DNA of 64,000 nucleotides. It comes from an uncultured Opitutales bacterium (lineage in GTDB: Bacteria > Verrucomicrobiota > Verrucomicrobiia > Opitutales > T3Sed10-336). Position numbers and translations under genes: made by a program. The stretch spans positions 754-64,753 of the forward strand of contig CAZYAN010000013.1 in assembly GCA_964645585.1 (NCBI GenBank). Reading direction: 5' to 3'. This document shows, in pieces, positions 25,875 through 37,210 of this stretch. The notes below the pieces were generated by a model that was not told the origin of the DNA, made no database searches, and was given only the letters and a program-made list of their open reading frames with translations. Position 1 is the stretch's first letter, and every line of letters starts with the position of its first letter.

Positions 25875-28445
25875 GTGCTGACTATGGACTGCTCTATGCA
25901 GTTGCACGGCCCCAAGAGAGTCTACAATCTCACCGCTCTCGAGTTTTGGTTCAACCGGTTGACCAACAGTTGGGAGGCGTTTTTCCCGGGCGACAGTCTG
26001 AGGTTGGGTCGGCGGTTCTACCGCGACGGGATGATCCGGGAAATTGAATTGGGGGAGGCGGACGCGATCATTCACTCCAAGATCGACGGGCGCGAGTGTT
26101 ACGCCGTGATCGACTGGAGTTCCAATCGCCCAAAAACGCGCGCCTCAGTCGAGAAGCCGGATATCGGGCAAGCGCTCGCGATCGCCGGTCTCTATGAGAT
26201 CGAGGAAATGGTGGTCGATGAGATTTCTCCGCTTCCGGACGATCCGCGGGACGAGCCCGAGGAAGAGAAGCAGGCCGAAGAGCGCGAGGTCGCCGTGAAG
26301 GACGAACCGCCGGGGCGTGAGCTGGAGTTGACTTTTGCCGTGGCGCCGGAAGGGCTGGTTTTCGCGGCGCACTGGGTGGACGAAAAAGCCGGGAAGAGTC
26401 CGGCTCTGGCTCATGGCGCCACCGGCAATCTGGTGGCTTCGGAGCGCGAGCGTGTCATCCGGCTGGCATCGTTGTCGAGGAAAGGCCACTTCCAGTTTTG
26501 TCAGAAAACGCAGCGGTATGTGCTGTCCGACTTGGCGAGAATTCCGGGATTTTTGAAGCACGAGATTCAGCCGTGGCAAAAATTTTTCCGGGTTCAACTT
26601 CCTCCAGAGGTCAAGGAGCTTGCCGGGGGGGAGCGTGAAGTCACTGTTGAGGCGCGAGCAGGGCGCGGCGGAGAACGGGGCGGGACGTTGAACCTCGAGT
26701 GGATCTTCCGCGCGGGGGAAAAGCTCCTGCCGGCGGAGGAAGCCCAAGTGCTCGTCAAGAAGCGCGGTGAGACAATTCTTTTGCCGGGAACCGGCCTGGT
26801 TCGGCTCAGTGAGGAAAAAGGGGAGGCGGTTCGCGACTGGCAGCAGCGGCTGGCTTTGCGTGCGGGCGGCGACGATAGTTTTCCGAAGTACCTCCTGTTG
26901 TCTCTCTTCAACGACAGCCGGGTTGAGCTGACGATGGACCCCGCGGTCGCGAGCTGGCGCGAAAAGCTGCTCGCTCCGCCTCCGGCATCACGTGCCTTGC
27001 CGACGTACCTGCGAAAATACCAGCGGCACGGCGTTCAATGGATGGCCCATTTGTTCCAGTTGGACTGCCATTGCCTGCTGGCTGACGAGATGGGGCTGGG
27101 GAAAACGGTGCAGGTTGTCGCGCTCTTAACCTTCAGGCCGACGCGCGAGCAGCGGCATTTGGTCGTGGCCCCCGCGAGTGTGATTCCCGTTTGGCAGAAG
27201 GAGCTTCAGCGGTTTGCGCCCGACCTTCCGGTGCATGTGCTTCGGAGCGGAACTACGTTTGCCGACAAGGGCCGCGCCACCGCCGGGGTCTGGCTGGCAA
27301 GCTATACGCAATTGCGCCGTCACAGCGAGTTGCTGAAGGATGTGCGCTTCGGTTATGCGGTGCTCGATGAAGGGCAGCTGATCAAGAACCCGGCGGCCAA
27401 GGTTGCCCGCGCCTGCTTTGCCATCCGCGCGCGGCACCGGTTGATTCTTACCGGTACACCCTTGGAGAACCGCCGCCTGGACCTCTGGTCGCTGTTTCAT
27501 TTTCTCATGCCGAACCTGCTCGGTTCACGAGCGGCCTTCGAATCGGCGGCCGCGGCGGATCCCGAAGAATTTCTCAAAAAACTTCGCATGCAGGTCGCGC
27601 CGTTTGTCCTCCGCCGAACGAAACAGCGGGTCGCGTCGGAGCTCCCGCCGAAGATCGAAATGGTCTTGTCGACGCCGCTTACGCCGCGCCAACGCGACGA
27701 ATACGCGCGGATTTGCCGGGAGGGCTTGAACCGGCTTGGCGACAGTCTTTCCGATACCATGCGCGAACACTCGTTCGGCCTGTTCTCTTTGTTGACCCGT
27801 CTGCGTCAGGTCAGTTGCGATCCCGGTCTCCTGCCTTGGTCGAACGATTCGTGGGAGGAAAGCGGCAAAATTCTTCAGCTGCTTGAAAAGCTGACTGAAG
27901 TGATCGAGAACGGACACAAGGTCGTCGTCTTCAGCCAATTTGTCGGCCTGCTCAAGCGCGTCGAGACGGCGCTCGCCGCCACGAATCCTGATTTAAAGCG
28001 GTTCATGCTGACCGGTGCCACGCCGGATCGCCAGGCACCTGTCGAGGCGTTTCAGTCCTTTGACGGGCCAGCCGTGATGCTCGTAAGTCTGCGCGCCGGA
28101 GGGACGGGGATCACCCTGCATGCCGCCGATTATCTCTTCCTTCTTGATCCGTGGTGGAATCCGGCAGTGGAAGCCCAAGCGATCGACCGCGTGCATCGTA
28201 TTGGTCAGACGAATACGGTTTTTGTTTACCGCATGGTCGCCGCGGGAACGGTTGAGGAGCGAATCCAGGATCTGAAGGACAAGAAAAGCGATCTGTTCGA
28301 ATCGGTGATCGGCGGTATCAGCGCGATTGGTGATTTGAAGGACACCTTTGCTTCGCTCCGTCATCTGATTGAACTGAAGGGAAAGCAAGGTCCGGTCCAA
28401 GACGAGGAGGGGCCGGAAGAATCCGGATCAGGCGGCACGCCGTGA
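25875..28445 (+). CDS. SNF2-family (Swi2/Snf2) helicase with SWIM-like but cysteine-less N-terminal region
   Basis: Motif I 'LADEMGLGKTVQ', motif II 'VLDEGQLIKNP', 'LTGTPLENRRLDLWSLFHFLMP'. C-terminal helicase lobe 'SLRAGGTGITLHAADYLFLLDPWWNPAVEAQAIDRVHRIGQ'. N-terminus 'LGRRFYRDGMIREIELGEADAIIHSKIDGRECYAVIDW'. Confidence 0.92.
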   Translation: MLTMDCSMQLHGPKRVYNLTALEFWFNRLTNSWEAFFPGDSLRLGRRFYRDGMIREIELGEADAIIHSKIDGRECYAVIDWSSNRPKTRASVEKPDIGQALAIAGLYEIEEMVVDEISPLPDDPRDEPEEEKQAEEREVAVKDEPPGRELELTFAVAPEGLVFAAHWVDEKAGKSPALAHGATGNLVASERERVIRLASLSRKGHFQFCQKTQRYVLSDLARIPGFLKHEIQPWQKFFRVQLPPEVKELAGGEREVTVEARAGRGGERGGTLNLEWIFRAGEKLLPAEEAQVLVKKRGETILLPGTGLVRLSEEKGEAVRDWQQRLALRAGGDDSFPKYLLLSLFNDSRVELTMDPAVASWREKLLAPPPASRALPTYLRKYQRHGVQWMAHLFQLDCHCLLADEMGLGKTVQVVALLTFRPTREQRHLVVAPASVIPVWQKELQRFAPDLPVHVLRSGTTFADKGRATAGVWLASYTQLRRHSELLKDVRFGYAVLDEGQLIKNPAAKVARACFAIRARHRLILTGTPLENRRLDLWSLFHFLMPNLLGSRAAFESAAAADPEEFLKKLRMQVAPFVLRRTKQRVASELPPKIEMVLSTPLTPRQRDEYARICREGLNRLGDSLSDTMREHSFGLFSLLTRLRQVSCDPGLLPWSNDSWEESGKILQLLEKLTEVIENGHKVVVFSQFVGLLKRVETALAATNPDLKRFMLTGATPDRQAPVEAFQSFDGPAVMLVSLRAGGTGITLHAADYLFLLDPWWNPAVEAQAIDRVHRIGQTNTVFVYRMVAAGTVEERIQDLKDKKSDLFESVIGGISAIGDLKDTFASLRHLIELKGKQGPVQDEEGPEESGSGGTP

Positions 28446-28568
28446 GCGGAGCCGTTCGGCGGCAACGATAAGATCGGCGGTCGGCTGCCATCGGGAGCGG
28501 TCGAGGAGGAGGAGGTTTTCACGGATCCAGAATTGAGGTTTTGTGGAAATTGAGAAACATCGGGCACC

Positions 28569-28763
28569 ATGCAGCGGGACCACGACGACGAGGAACTCGA
28601 TTTTGAGTGGAAAGACGAGGACGAGGACGAAATCGCTGGCGAAAGTTCGAACCTGGCGAAAATCAATCCGCTTGCCCGCGCCGTCTTTCTTCTCCTCCTC
28701 GGAATCGGCTTTGTTTATTTCGTGCTGCGCGTAATCGGAGCGCTAACGCAAGCGGCCGGGTGA
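28569..28763 (+). CDS. small tail-anchored membrane protein with a strongly acidic N-terminus (hypothetical)
   Basis: 64 codons: 'MQRDHDDEELDFEWKDEDEDEIAGESS' followed by one TM segment 'ARAVFLLLLGIGFVYFVLRVIGAL'. Same strand as both flanking genes. No recognisable homology. Confidence 0.4.
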   Translation: MQRDHDDEELDFEWKDEDEDEIAGESSNLAKINPLARAVFLLLLGIGFVYFVLRVIGALTQAAG

Positions 28764-28853
28764 CCGATAACCGGGTGCGTTCGAACGCCGGCCGGTCGGG
28801 TCGCGGGACATGTTCTGGTTGCGACGAGGCTGGTTTCGGAGTTACTTACTTCC

Positions 28854-31838
28854 ATGAAAGCCTTGAAGGTCACGCTCCTGGTTTTGGCTGGCTTGGTCGT
28901 CTTCCTTCTTGTTGCCATCGTCGTCCTCTTCTTGCCATCGGTGCAGCGGGTGATTGTGACGCGAGCGGTTTCCGATGATGAAACGACGCTTGAGCTCGAT
29001 TATTTTCACGCGGGCCTGAATCAGGTCACCATTCGCGGAGCGGATTATCAGACGCCGGGTACCGCGGTTCTCGCGGAAGAAGTGACGGCCGGTCTGTCAT
29101 TGTTGAGTCTCCTGGTTCGTCAGGAACTGCGGCTTGGAGAAGTCGAAGCGACGGGACTTTTCGTGGATCTGTCGCGGAAGGAAGCGGAAGACGACGAACC
29201 GTTTGCCGGAATCTTGGAACAGCTGAACCTGCCGATGCCGGTTTCGCTTGAGCGCCTGCAAGCGGAAGGCCGTGTGCTGCTGCCTCCGATTGCTGGTGAG
29301 GAACCGGTGCAAGCGGAGTTTGCCGCTGTTGGCGCGATGGCGCCCGGAAGTGAAGGCGATTTTGAAGTGAGCGGTGAATTGGCGTCCGGGCTCGGCGGAC
29401 GATGGGGGCCGCTTGGCGTGGATGCCCGATTGACCGTTTCCCAAGGCGTTCATGGGGAGATTGAACGAGGACGTTTGCGGGCTGTGGTATCAGCGCCATG
29501 GCTCGCGGAGGGATCCGATGAACGCCTGGAGGCGGATGTGGTCTTGGTGGCGACGGAAACTGGAGAAACCTACCAGGCGCGACTCGCGCCCTTGCTTGTC
29601 AGCCAGGAGTCCGGAACGGCCGCGCCGAACCGGGAGGTGCCGCCTCTTCTTTCGCTTGACGCAGCCTACGATCGCAACGCGGGGCAGGTCGAAGGAAGCT
29701 GGCGTCTGGAGGTCGATCACGATCAGTTGCGCGCGTATTTGGGCGGCGAGGCGCTGCCGGTGTTTGCCGCAAGCGGAGATGGGAGCTTCACTTACGGAAC
29801 GGATGGAAGCATCGCGGCGGCCGGTACTGTTAACCTCGCTCTGAGCGACCTTGGTGATTTTTCCGCGGATTTGGCTGAAATCGACAGCCTTTCCCTGGCT
29901 TCCCGCTTTGATGTCTTTATCAGTGAGCAAGTGGTGCGGGTCGATGAGCTTGCGGCGGAGCTTCGAACGGCGAACGGTGACGTACTGCTGGACGCGAGAA
30001 ATTTCGAGCCGCTTCAATACGATCGTGAAGCCGGGCGAGTGGTTGGAGCAGAAGACCGAATCGAGCTTGCGGAAGTTACGCTCCGGAGTTTTCCGGTCGC
30101 GTGGGCAAACGCGGTGTTGCCAGCGGGTACTGAAGTGGGCGGCGGCGCGGTCACTGGCCGCGCACGGATCAGCTCGGAGGCGGGGACGGTTCATTTTGTC
30201 CTTGAAGACCCGATACGAGCGGAAAGCGTCGACCTTGTTTTCAACGGCGATCCAGCGGCTCGCGATCTTGCCTTGGAGGCTTCCGGTTCGGGATCGTTTG
30301 GGGAAGGACGATTGCAAGCGGCGGTCGATCAGATGCAAGTTTCGTCGGAAGGTCAGGCGCTGATAACTCTCACCGGGGAAATCGATACGGCCGGTTCGAC
30401 GAGTGTCCAGCTCGACGGCGATCTTGCGGCTCTGACACGCCAGCCGTTTTTTGCCGAGACTGGACGCTTGCAGGCTGGTGCGGTTGAACTGCGGGCAACC
30501 GTCGACGAAAGCAGCGGCCAGCAGCCGCGTGCAGTGAAGTTGACAGCGGCGGCACGCGGATTGGCTGGGGAGGACGGGCAGGCGCTGCCAGATGTGCAAA
30601 TCGAAGAAGCGACGATGCGCGAAACCGCGCCAAATGTTTGGCGCGTCGATTTGCCGATGCAAGTAAAGGGAAGTTCGTTGTCGGACGTCCGGCTGGCGGG
30701 CGAGGTGAGAGTCGCCGCCGAGCCGGCGGAATTTGAGCTGTTGCTGAGCGGCAACAAAGTGGTGGTTGACGATCTCGTCGCTTTGGCGAATGCGCTTTCG
30801 GAGGACACCGATGAAGAGACGGCGGAGCCGGCAGCGCCGGAGGAGGCGCCGGAATCAGCGGGGGAGCGCGACGCCGTTCCTGTTTGGTCGGGGCTAAAGG
30901 GGACCTTTCGCGTGGACATTGCAAGAGTCGTGCTGAGTGAGGATCAGGCAATCGACACGCTCCAAGGTATCGTTGCTGCGGATACGGCAACTTTCGAAGG
31001 AGCCTTGGAAGGACAATTTTCCGGGGAGCCGGTTCGGGTCGATGCGGACGTTCGGTTTCAGTCGGACCAGGACGCGCCTTATATCCTCGAAGGAAACGTC
31101 GACGCGCAGAGCCTGCCTGTCGGTGAAATTTTCAAGCGGTTGCAACCGAATCGGCCGCCTGTGCTCGAAGGGCTGTTTGCGGCTTCCATGCGAATCAGCG
31201 GAACCGGCAGGAATATCCCGGATTTGATCGACGGAGTGCGGGGCCAGGTCGAAGTGCGCAGCGGCGGCGGCATCATTCGCCTGCTGTATTCGGAGAATCC
31301 GGTCGCGGAAATGGGAGCTTTAGCCAGTCGGGCGCTGAGTCAAATGAGAGGCGAAATCGGAACCATCGCGAGTGTTGCCAGCCAAGTCTCGCACATGCCG
31401 TATCGCGAAATGTATCTATCAGCTGTCCGGAGCGAGGATCTTGATGTTGTTTTGCGGGATATTACTGTGGTAGCGCCTGAGTTGCATCTAAGAGGAAGCG
31501 GACTGGTCCGCCACCAAGAAGGAGTGTCGGTTCTGGAACAGCCGATGGAGATTCGAATCAATCTCGGCGCCCAAGGCGCCTTGCTGGAGACTTTGCGGTC
31601 CCTCAACGCGATGGGCGATCAGACCGACGAGCTCGGGTATGTTTTGCTGCGTAATGAATTCGTGGTGACGGGGACTCCGGCGAATCCAGATTCGAACGCC
31701 TTCTATCGATTGCTTTTGGAAGCCGCGCTGCCGTATGTGATACCAGGATTCGACAGGGAGACGGAGGAGCGGCCGACGATTCCGCGAATTCCCGACATCC
31801 TTGACATCTTCGGCCGCGGCCGTTCGGGTTCGAAGTGA
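28854..31838 (+). CDS. large N-terminally anchored envelope protein, AsmA/TamB-like (tentative)
   Basis: N-terminal TM 'MKALKVTLLVLAGLVVFLLVAIVVLFL'. About 950 aa of beta-rich A/G/E/V-rich sequence. C-terminal 'GLFAASMRISGTGRNIPDLIDGVRGQVEVRSGGGIIRLL' resembles AsmA-family C-terminal regions. Confidence 0.6.
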   Translation: MKALKVTLLVLAGLVVFLLVAIVVLFLPSVQRVIVTRAVSDDETTLELDYFHAGLNQVTIRGADYQTPGTAVLAEEVTAGLSLLSLLVRQELRLGEVEATGLFVDLSRKEAEDDEPFAGILEQLNLPMPVSLERLQAEGRVLLPPIAGEEPVQAEFAAVGAMAPGSEGDFEVSGELASGLGGRWGPLGVDARLTVSQGVHGEIERGRLRAVVSAPWLAEGSDERLEADVVLVATETGETYQARLAPLLVSQESGTAAPNREVPPLLSLDAAYDRNAGQVEGSWRLEVDHDQLRAYLGGEALPVFAASGDGSFTYGTDGSIAAAGTVNLALSDLGDFSADLAEIDSLSLASRFDVFISEQVVRVDELAAELRTANGDVLLDARNFEPLQYDREAGRVVGAEDRIELAEVTLRSFPVAWANAVLPAGTEVGGGAVTGRARISSEAGTVHFVLEDPIRAESVDLVFNGDPAARDLALEASGSGSFGEGRLQAAVDQMQVSSEGQALITLTGEIDTAGSTSVQLDGDLAALTRQPFFAETGRLQAGAVELRATVDESSGQQPRAVKLTAAARGLAGEDGQALPDVQIEEATMRETAPNVWRVDLPMQVKGSSLSDVRLAGEVRVAAEPAEFELLLSGNKVVVDDLVALANALSEDTDEETAEPAAPEEAPESAGERDAVPVWSGLKGTFRVDIARVVLSEDQAIDTLQGIVAADTATFEGALEGQFSGEPVRVDADVRFQSDQDAPYILEGNVDAQSLPVGEIFKRLQPNRPPVLEGLFAASMRISGTGRNIPDLIDGVRGQVEVRSGGGIIRLLYSENPVAEMGALASRALSQMRGEIGTIASVASQVSHMPYREMYLSAVRSEDLDVVLRDITVVAPELHLRGSGLVRHQEGVSVLEQPMEIRINLGAQGALLETLRSLNAMGDQTDELGYVLLRNEFVVTGTPANPDSNAFYRLLLEAALPYVIPGFDRETEERPTIPRIPDILDIFGRGRSGSK

Positions 31839-31988
31839 CGGGCAAAGGAACCTCTTGAGGCGAAACGGGACTCGCTCGCGCCGTGGCAACACGACATGAA
31901 AAGGAACACCTGTTCCATTTAGTGTCGCATTGGGAGAGTGGGTTGAGAGCGTTCGCTTATTTATGCGAGGGAGGAGAGGGGCGGTTTG

Positions 31989-32795
31989 TTACCGAGAAAA
32001 AGGGTGCGGAAGGCGCGGGTGCGAGGGTGAAGACTGGGGGGCGGGTTTGCTTCTGGTCAGGACGCGGGCGGATTCGTACAGGTCGCGGTTGCTGGCTTGG
32101 AATTCAGTCTTCAGACGAACGTGGAGTCCAGCGAGATCGACGAGCGTCCAGGAACGAAAGAGCCAGCGTTCTTCGGTCGGGTCGCGACCGTCGTGGGCGA
32201 TGCCGAGAATGAGATGATGCGCATCCTCCAGGATTTTGTTCGTTTCTACTTTAGGTTCGAAATAGAAGGTCCGGAACGAGCTCGTTTCACTGGTTGTTGC
32301 AAAGAGCTTTGGATCGAGGTAAAGGACTCGGCCCGATCGTTCATCGATTACGCGCAGGTCCGGGTATCCGGACCGCTGAAAATGGCCGTCAGCAGTTTTT
32401 GGATACGTACAGGAAAGTCCCGGGATGGCATTGATTTTTTGAAGGAGGATGTCTTCTAGATGATGACTGACTTCATTGATGCGTCCGACGTGGTGGACCG
32501 GATGGTTCGGCTGGTTGATTGCAAGGAGGAGCGCGTCAGCGGCCGCGGTGAGATCGGCGATGAGTTGCTGATCGTCCGGGTCGGCGGGGTCGACTGGAAG
32601 AACGGCTGTTCCGGCGGCGGCGACGACAACTTCAGGAAACGGCACGGGGCTGCGCAGAGAATCGCGGGCGAGAAGGTCGGAAATCAACGCGTTCGCGTCC
32701 GCGCCGGATTGCGCAAGGGAGGGACTGCTTTCCGCCGCGGACGTGGCCGAAGCAATGAACAGGAGCAGGAGGAAGGGGAGAAATCGGAGTAACAT
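31989..32795 (-). CDS. secreted hypothetical protein with a PD-(D/E)xK-like motif
   Basis: ATG at 32795 gives a clean Sec signal 'MLLRFLPFLLLLFIASATSAAE'. Motif 'SGYPDLRVIDERSGRVLYLDPKLF'. The longer track ORF (to 33026) would overlap the VanZ-like gene and has no signal peptide. Confidence 0.65.
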   Translation of the reverse strand: MLLRFLPFLLLLFIASATSAAESSPSLAQSGADANALISDLLARDSLRSPVPFPEVVVAAAGTAVLPVDPADPDDQQLIADLTAAADALLLAINQPNHPVHHVGRINEVSHHLEDILLQKINAIPGLSCTYPKTADGHFQRSGYPDLRVIDERSGRVLYLDPKLFATTSETSSFRTFYFEPKVETNKILEDAHHLILGIAHDGRDPTEERWLFRSWTLVDLAGLHVRLKTEFQASNRDLYESARVLTRSKPAPQSSPSHPRLPHPFSR

Positions 32796-32920
32796 GAAGG
32801 CGAAGTCTACGGAAGGCGGTGCGCACGGAAAGAATTTTTGAAGATCAGCGAAATGCGGCAGGAAGATGATCAGGCTTGCCGGGCGGGGAGGGTGGCGCGT
32901 TACACTTGAAGATTGATGAC

Positions 32921-35399
<2,479 letters not shown>

Positions 35400-35547
35400 G
35401 CGGGCGGCCGATGGCGATGCTCAATGGGTCGCTCTTCCAGTGATTTGGCCTTCCATTTTATTCGTACAAGGCATTGCCTTGGGTTAGGTTGTTATGCCCG
35501 TTCGGGGCGGATGGCCTTATCTGGAAGAAGGGTTGATAAGCGCGAAG

Positions 35548-37119
35548 CTACTTTGCGGTCTCGACGAATCGCTGTTCCCGGATGACGGTGACCTTGATGA
35601 CGCTTGGGTATTGGAGCTCGTCTTCGATTTTTGTTCGAATGGTGCGAGCGAGTTTGCGTGCGTCTTCGTCGCTCACTTCGTTCGGGGAGACGACGACGCG
35701 AATTTCGCGGCCAGCTTGAATCGCGTAGGCTTCATGGACGCCGGGCAGGCTTGCTGCGAGCTGTTCGAGGCGCTCGAGGCGCAGCAGGTAGTTGCCTTGT
35801 GATTCCGCGCGTGCTCCGGGCCGGACAGCGGACAGCGTATCCGCCGCGATCAGCAGTCCGGCGTAGAGAGATTCCGCGGGAACCTCCTCGTGGTGAGCGG
35901 CGACGGCGTTGATCACCGCGTGCGGTTCGCCGTGGCGGCGCAGGAGATCGGCACCGATCAAGGCGTGGCTTCCTTCGTACTGCTGGTAGAGTGCCTTGCC
36001 GATATCGTGAAAAAGCCCGCAGCGTTTCGCGATGACGGGATCCAAGCCGAGCTCCGAGGCGAGCATGGAGCTGAGAAATGCGACCTCAATCGAGTGGTCC
36101 AGCACATTTTGATTGAGCGCGTAGCGGTATTTCAACTGTCCGAGCACTTGGAGAATTTCGTGATGGACCCCGGTCAGGTTCAGGCGGTCGATCGCCTCTT
36201 CTCCGTAGCGAATGACCTCGACGTCGACCTTTTCGGTCGCTTGACGGATCGACTCTTCGATGCTGGCGGGATGAATCCGCCCGTCAGCGATCAGTTCTTC
36301 GAGCGCGATCTTGGCGATCTCGCGCCGAACCGGATCAAAACAGGAAATCAGGAGTGTGTCGGGGGATTCGTCGATAAGGATCGTCGTTCCGGTGGCGGCT
36401 TCGAAGCACTTAATATTGCGGCCTTCTCTGCCGATGATCCGCCCCTTCATTTCCTCGTTTGGCAGACTGACGATAGCAGCGACCGCGTCTTGATTCGGCT
36501 GGCTCGCCATCCGTTGCATCACCGCGATGAGGATCTGCCGGGCCTCATTTTCCACCTCCTTTTGCGACCGTTCGAGCAGCTCGCGCCGGTAATGGCGCAT
36601 CTCGTCCCGACATTCTTGGGCGATCTCCTCGAGCAGCAGTTTGCGCGCTTCTTCAGAGGACAATTTCCCGGCCTCTTCGAGCAAACGGCGGTAGGTCCGA
36701 ATTGTGTGGCCGAGACGCTGGCGGCCCTGCCGAAGCGAAAGCGATTCGCGATCAAACCGCTCCTTATCGCTCTCGAATTCGGCCTGTTTTTTCGTGAAAG
36801 CCTCTTCCTTTCGTGAGAGTTCCGTCTGACGCCGTTCCAGTTCGAGTTTGGAACGAGCTTCCGCGGCGCGAAGATCGGTCCACCGCTTTTCGATCTCTAT
36901 TTCGGCCTTGCTCTTGATCTCGCGCGCGGTCAGCTCGGCTTCCTTGCTCGCGTAATAAAGAGTGGCTCTGGATCGTTCCTGTTCGAGTTTTCGCTGGCGA
37001 ACGGTGAGAACCCAAACGAGAAAGGCCGTAAAAATAGCTCCAAGGAGGGCGGAAAAAAGAATCGCCCAAACGGCGCTTACTCCTTCCCCGGAACTATTTT
37101 CAATGAACAAAAGCAGCAT
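35548..37119 (-). CDS. rny: ribonuclease Y
   Basis: N-terminal TM, coiled-coil region, KH domain 'GRIIGREGRNIKCFE', HD domain 'HSIEVAFLSSMLA...GLFHDIGKA'. Confidence 0.95.
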   Translation of the reverse strand: MLLLFIENSSGEGVSAVWAILFSALLGAIFTAFLVWVLTVRQRKLEQERSRATLYYASKEAELTAREIKSKAEIEIEKRWTDLRAAEARSKLELERRQTELSRKEEAFTKKQAEFESDKERFDRESLSLRQGRQRLGHTIRTYRRLLEEAGKLSSEEARKLLLEEIAQECRDEMRHYRRELLERSQKEVENEARQILIAVMQRMASQPNQDAVAAIVSLPNEEMKGRIIGREGRNIKCFEAATGTTILIDESPDTLLISCFDPVRREIAKIALEELIADGRIHPASIEESIRQATEKVDVEVIRYGEEAIDRLNLTGVHHEILQVLGQLKYRYALNQNVLDHSIEVAFLSSMLASELGLDPVIAKRCGLFHDIGKALYQQYEGSHALIGADLLRRHGEPHAVINAVAAHHEEVPAESLYAGLLIAADTLSAVRPGARAESQGNYLLRLERLEQLAASLPGVHEAYAIQAGREIRVVVSPNEVSDEDARKLARTIRTKIEDELQYPSVIKVTVIREQRFVETAK

Positions 37120-37210
37120 AGATAACGCCTGTTCGCGTGCCCTTTCGTTGTTCGTAATCGGCGTGATCCTAACGTCTTGCGAACCTTATCCCCAAGTTGG
37201 ATCGGGAACA

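Noticed and set aside
32411-32424. AGGAAAGTCCCGGG, which resembles the universally conserved GAGGAAAGUCCGGGC core of RNase P RNA.
   Set aside because: The flanking sequence has none of the other conserved RNase P segments. The site lies inside a minus-strand CDS that has a clean signal peptide. I treat it as a chance match.
35467-35481. 15-bp palindrome CAAGGCATTGCCTTG between the convergent ligA and rny genes, considered as a terminator.
   Set aside because: Short stem with a 3-nt loop and only a patchy U-rich tail (GGUUAGGUUGUU). Too weak to report as a feature.
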